NCBI GenBank assembly: GCA_002189035.1
Contig: NEEC01000147.1
Location: 1-39,936 of the forward strand
Source: Utricularia gibba
Lineage: Eukaryota > Plantae > Magnoliophyta
Reading direction: 5' to 3'
Length of the DNA: 39,936 nucleotides
Part shown: in pieces, positions 37,201 through 39,936 of the stretch
How positions within the stretch are numbered: position 1 is the stretch's first letter
Layout: every line of letters starts with the position of its first letter
The notes under the pieces: model-generated
Told to the model about the DNA's origin: nothing
Database searches by the model: none
The model's input: only the letters and a program-made list of their open reading frames with translations
Translations under genes and position numbers: made by a program

Positions 37201-39936
37201 AAACCGAACGATAATAAATACATCACTTTATTTGCCGGACTACAACTAACTCTCGGTGCAAGCCAAACCCCTTTGTCCCGTTCCAGGTGCACCCAAAGAC
37301 CGCCTGCTCAAGTATAAAGTAAGTTGTTGAAAAAATCATGTGGGGTGCACGTGACATCATAATTTAAACAAATGCATCATTTTTTTTAATCGATTTGCAT
37401 CCAGTTGACCTCATGAGCCATACAGAATCGGGGTCAAGGACCAAGTTCCCAGCGAGACTGGCCGCCACAAAACGAGAAGCGGTTCCTTGAAAAACCATGT
37501 AGGCAGCCCCCGAAAACCGAACGATAATAAATACATCACTTTATTTGCCGGACTACAACTAACTCTCGGTGCAAGCCAAACATTACCTTTGTCCCGTTCC
37601 AGGTGCACCCAAACCGCCTGCTCAAGTATAAAGTAAGTTGTTGAAAAATCATGTGGGGTGCACGTGACATCATAATTTAAAAATGCATCATTTTTTTTAA
37701 TCGATTTGCATCCAGTTGACCTCATGAGCCATACAGAATCGGTCAAGGACCAAGTTCCCAGCGAGACTGGCCGCCACAAAACGAGAAGCGTTCCTTGAAA
37801 AACCATGTAGGCAGCCCCCGAAAACCGAACGATAATAAATACATCACTTTATTTGCCGACTACAACTAACTCTCGGTGCAAGCCAAACATTACCTTTGTC
37901 CCGTTCCAGGTGCACCCAAAGACCGCCTGCTCAAGTATAAAGTAAGTTGTTGAAAAAATCATGTGGGGTGCACGTGACATCATAATTTAAAAAGAAATGC
38001 ATCATTTTTTTTAATCGATTTGCATCCAGTTGACCTCATGAGCCATACAGAATACCAAGTTCCAGCGAGACTGGCCGCCACAAAACGAGAAGCGGTTCCT
38101 TGAAAAACCATGTAGGCAGCCCCCGAAAACCGAACGATAATAAATACATCACTTTATTTGCCGGACTACAACTAACTCTCGTGCAAGCCAAAAACCTTAC
38201 CTTTGTCCCGTTCCAGGTGCACCCAAAGACCGCCTGCTCAAGTATAAAGTAAGTTGTTGAAAAAATCATGTGGGTGCACGTGACATCATAATTTAAAGAA
38301 ATGCATCATTTTTTTTAATCGATTTGCATCCAGTTGACCTCATGAGCCATACAGAATCGGGGTCAAGGACCAAGTTCCCAGCGAGACTGGCCGCCACAAA
38401 ACGAGAAGCGGTTCCTTGAAAAACCATGTAGGCAGCCCCCGAAAACCGAACGATAATAAATACATCACTTTATTTGCCGGACTACAACTAACTCTCGTGC
38501 AAGCCAAACATTACCTTTGTCCCGTTCCAGGTGCACCCAAAGACCGCCTGCTCAAGTATAAAGTAAGTTGTTGAAAAAATCATGTGGGGTGCACGTGACA
38601 TCATAATTTAAAGAAATGCATCATTTTTTTTTAATCGATTTGCATCCAGTTGACCTCATGAGCCATACAGAATCGGGGTCAAGGACCAAGTTCCCAGCGA
38701 GACTGGCCGCCACAAAACGAGAAGCGGTTCCTTGAAAAACCATGTAGGCAGCCCCCGAAAACCGAACGATAATAAATACATCACTTTATTTGCCGGACTA
38801 CAACTAACTCTCGGTGCAAGCCAAACCTTTCCTTTGTCCCGTTCCAGGTGCACCCAAAGACCGCCTGCTCAAGTATAAAGTAAGTTGTTGAAAAAATCAT
38901 GTGGGTGCACGTGACATCATAATTTAAACAAATGCATCATTTTTTTTAATCGATTTGCATCCAGTTGACCTCATGAGCCATACAGAATCGGGTCAAGGAC
39001 CAAGTTCCCAGCGAGACTGGCCGCCACAAAACGAGAAGCGGTTCCTTGAAAAACCATGTAGGCAGCCCCCGAAAACCGAACGATAATAAATACATCACTT
39101 TATTTGCCGACTACAACTAACTCTCGGTGCAAGCCAAACATTACCTTTGTCCCGTTCCAGGTGCACCCAAGACCGCCTGCTCAAGTATAAAGTAAGTTGT
39201 TGAAAAAATCATGTGGGGTGCACGTGACATCATAATTTAAAAGAAATGCATCATTTTTTTTAATCGATTTGCATCCAGTTGACCTCATGAGCCATACAGA
39301 ATCGGGTCAAGGACCAAGTTCCCAGCGAGACTGGCCGCCACAAAACGAGAAGCGGTTCCTTGAAAAACCATGTAGGCAGCCCCCGAAAACCGAACGATAA
39401 TAAATACATCACTTTATTTGCCGGACTACAACTAACTCTCGGTGCAAGCCAAACATTACCTTTGTCCCGTTCCAGGTGCACCCAAAGACCGCCTGCTCAA
39501 GTATAAAGTAAGTTGTTGAAAAAATCATGTGGGGTGCACGTGACATCATAATTTAAACAAATGCATCATTTTTTTTAATCGATTTGCATCCAGTTGACCT
39601 CATGAGCCATACAGAATCGTCAAGACCAAGTTCCCAGCGAGACTGGCCGCCACAAAACGAGAAGCGGTTCCTTGAAAAACCATGTAGGCAGCCCCCGAAA
39701 ACCGAACGATAATAAATACATCACTTTATTTGCCGGACTACAACTAACTCTCGGTGCAAGCCAAACATTACCTTTGTCCCGTTCCAGGTGCACCCAAAGA
39801 CCGCCTGCTCAAGTATAAAGTAAGTTGTTGAAAAATCATGTGGGTGCACGTGACATCATAATTTAAACAAATGCATCATTTTTTTTAATCGATTGCATCC
39901 AGTTGACCTCATGAGCCATACAGAATCGGGGTCAAG
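13212..39936. repeat. Near-homogeneous monomeric domain (A-type backbone, mostly with the AAACATTACC allele)
   Basis: No complete B monomer and no GATATC marker after 12900. Intact copies differ mainly by homopolymer indels. Confidence 0.85.
15635..28560. other. Zone with clustered truncated or scrambled monomers (rearrangements and/or consensus artefacts)
   Basis: Disrupted stretches lie at approximately 15635-15838, 16250-16340, 17357-17378, 19130-19220, 19500-19650, 20760-21345, 21660-22160, 22570-22915, 23315-23940, 24285-24435, 25280-25385, 26105-26670 and 27040-28560. All are built from monomer fragments, interspersed with intact monomers. Confidence 0.85.

Larger units (their letters stand above)
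1..39936. repeat. Tandem satellite DNA array, ~316-bp monomer, ~125-132 copies, all head-to-tail in one orientation
   Basis: The motif ...GTGCACGTGACATCATAATTTAAACAAATGCATCATTTTTTTTAATCGATTTGCATCC... recurs throughout. TTTAAA anchors lie at 100, 413, 729, 1039, 1355, 1672, 1986, 2298, 2611, 2926 ... 38607, 38923, 39236, with spacing of about 306-317 bp in intact copies. No inverted copy or non-repeat insert was seen. Both window ends fall inside monomers. Confidence 0.99.

Noticed and set aside
461-39481. All ORFs in the supplied track (e.g. MHLERDKG..., MHPVDLMSHTES..., MMSRAPHMIFSTT...)
   Set aside because: They are 60-131 aa translations of the same repeat in several frames on both strands. 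They change frame with homopolymer indels, the monomer length is not a multiple of 3, and I recognise no protein motif. Not coding.
1-39936. CRISPR array
   Set aside because: There are no short repeats separated by unique spacers; the entire 316 bp is repeated.
1-39936. Rolling-circle concatemer of a ~316-nt viroid-like circle, or a retrozyme/hammerhead satellite (newt sat2 or Schistosoma Sm-alpha type)
   Set aside because: The size fits, but there is no CUGANGA...GAAA...UH hammerhead core on either strand. The closest is CTCATGAG, with a mismatch at the essential G and no following stem II/GAAA. The ordered B/C/D variants are also inconsistent with copying a single circle.

Overview
The whole 39.9-kb window is one uninterrupted, single-orientation tandem satellite DNA array of about 125-132 head-to-tail copies of a ~316-bp monomer. 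My hand-built consensus is about 45% GC with CpG observed/expected of about 0.9, and carries one DraI TTTAAA site per copy. I see no real genes, RNA genes, transposons, CRISPR array or unique sequence. Every ORF in the track is a chance translation of the repeat. The interesting content is hierarchical. (1) The 316-bp monomer is itself an ancient dimer of two ~158-bp subunits, about 55% identical in near-constant register. (2) In the first ~13 kb a ~15%-diverged variant monomer (B), always followed by a variant C, recurs every 3-7 monomers, forming a variable-length higher-order repeat (HOR). (3) Beyond ~13 kb the array is almost purely one monomer type, with faint B-like remnants. (4) From ~15.6 to 28.6 kb many monomers are truncated or scrambled. 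These, plus pervasive homopolymer deletions, look at least partly like noisy long-read consensus artefacts. The organism cannot be determined from this window; the organisation is typical of eukaryotic (peri)centromeric or heterochromatic satellite. I found no convincing novel genetic system.
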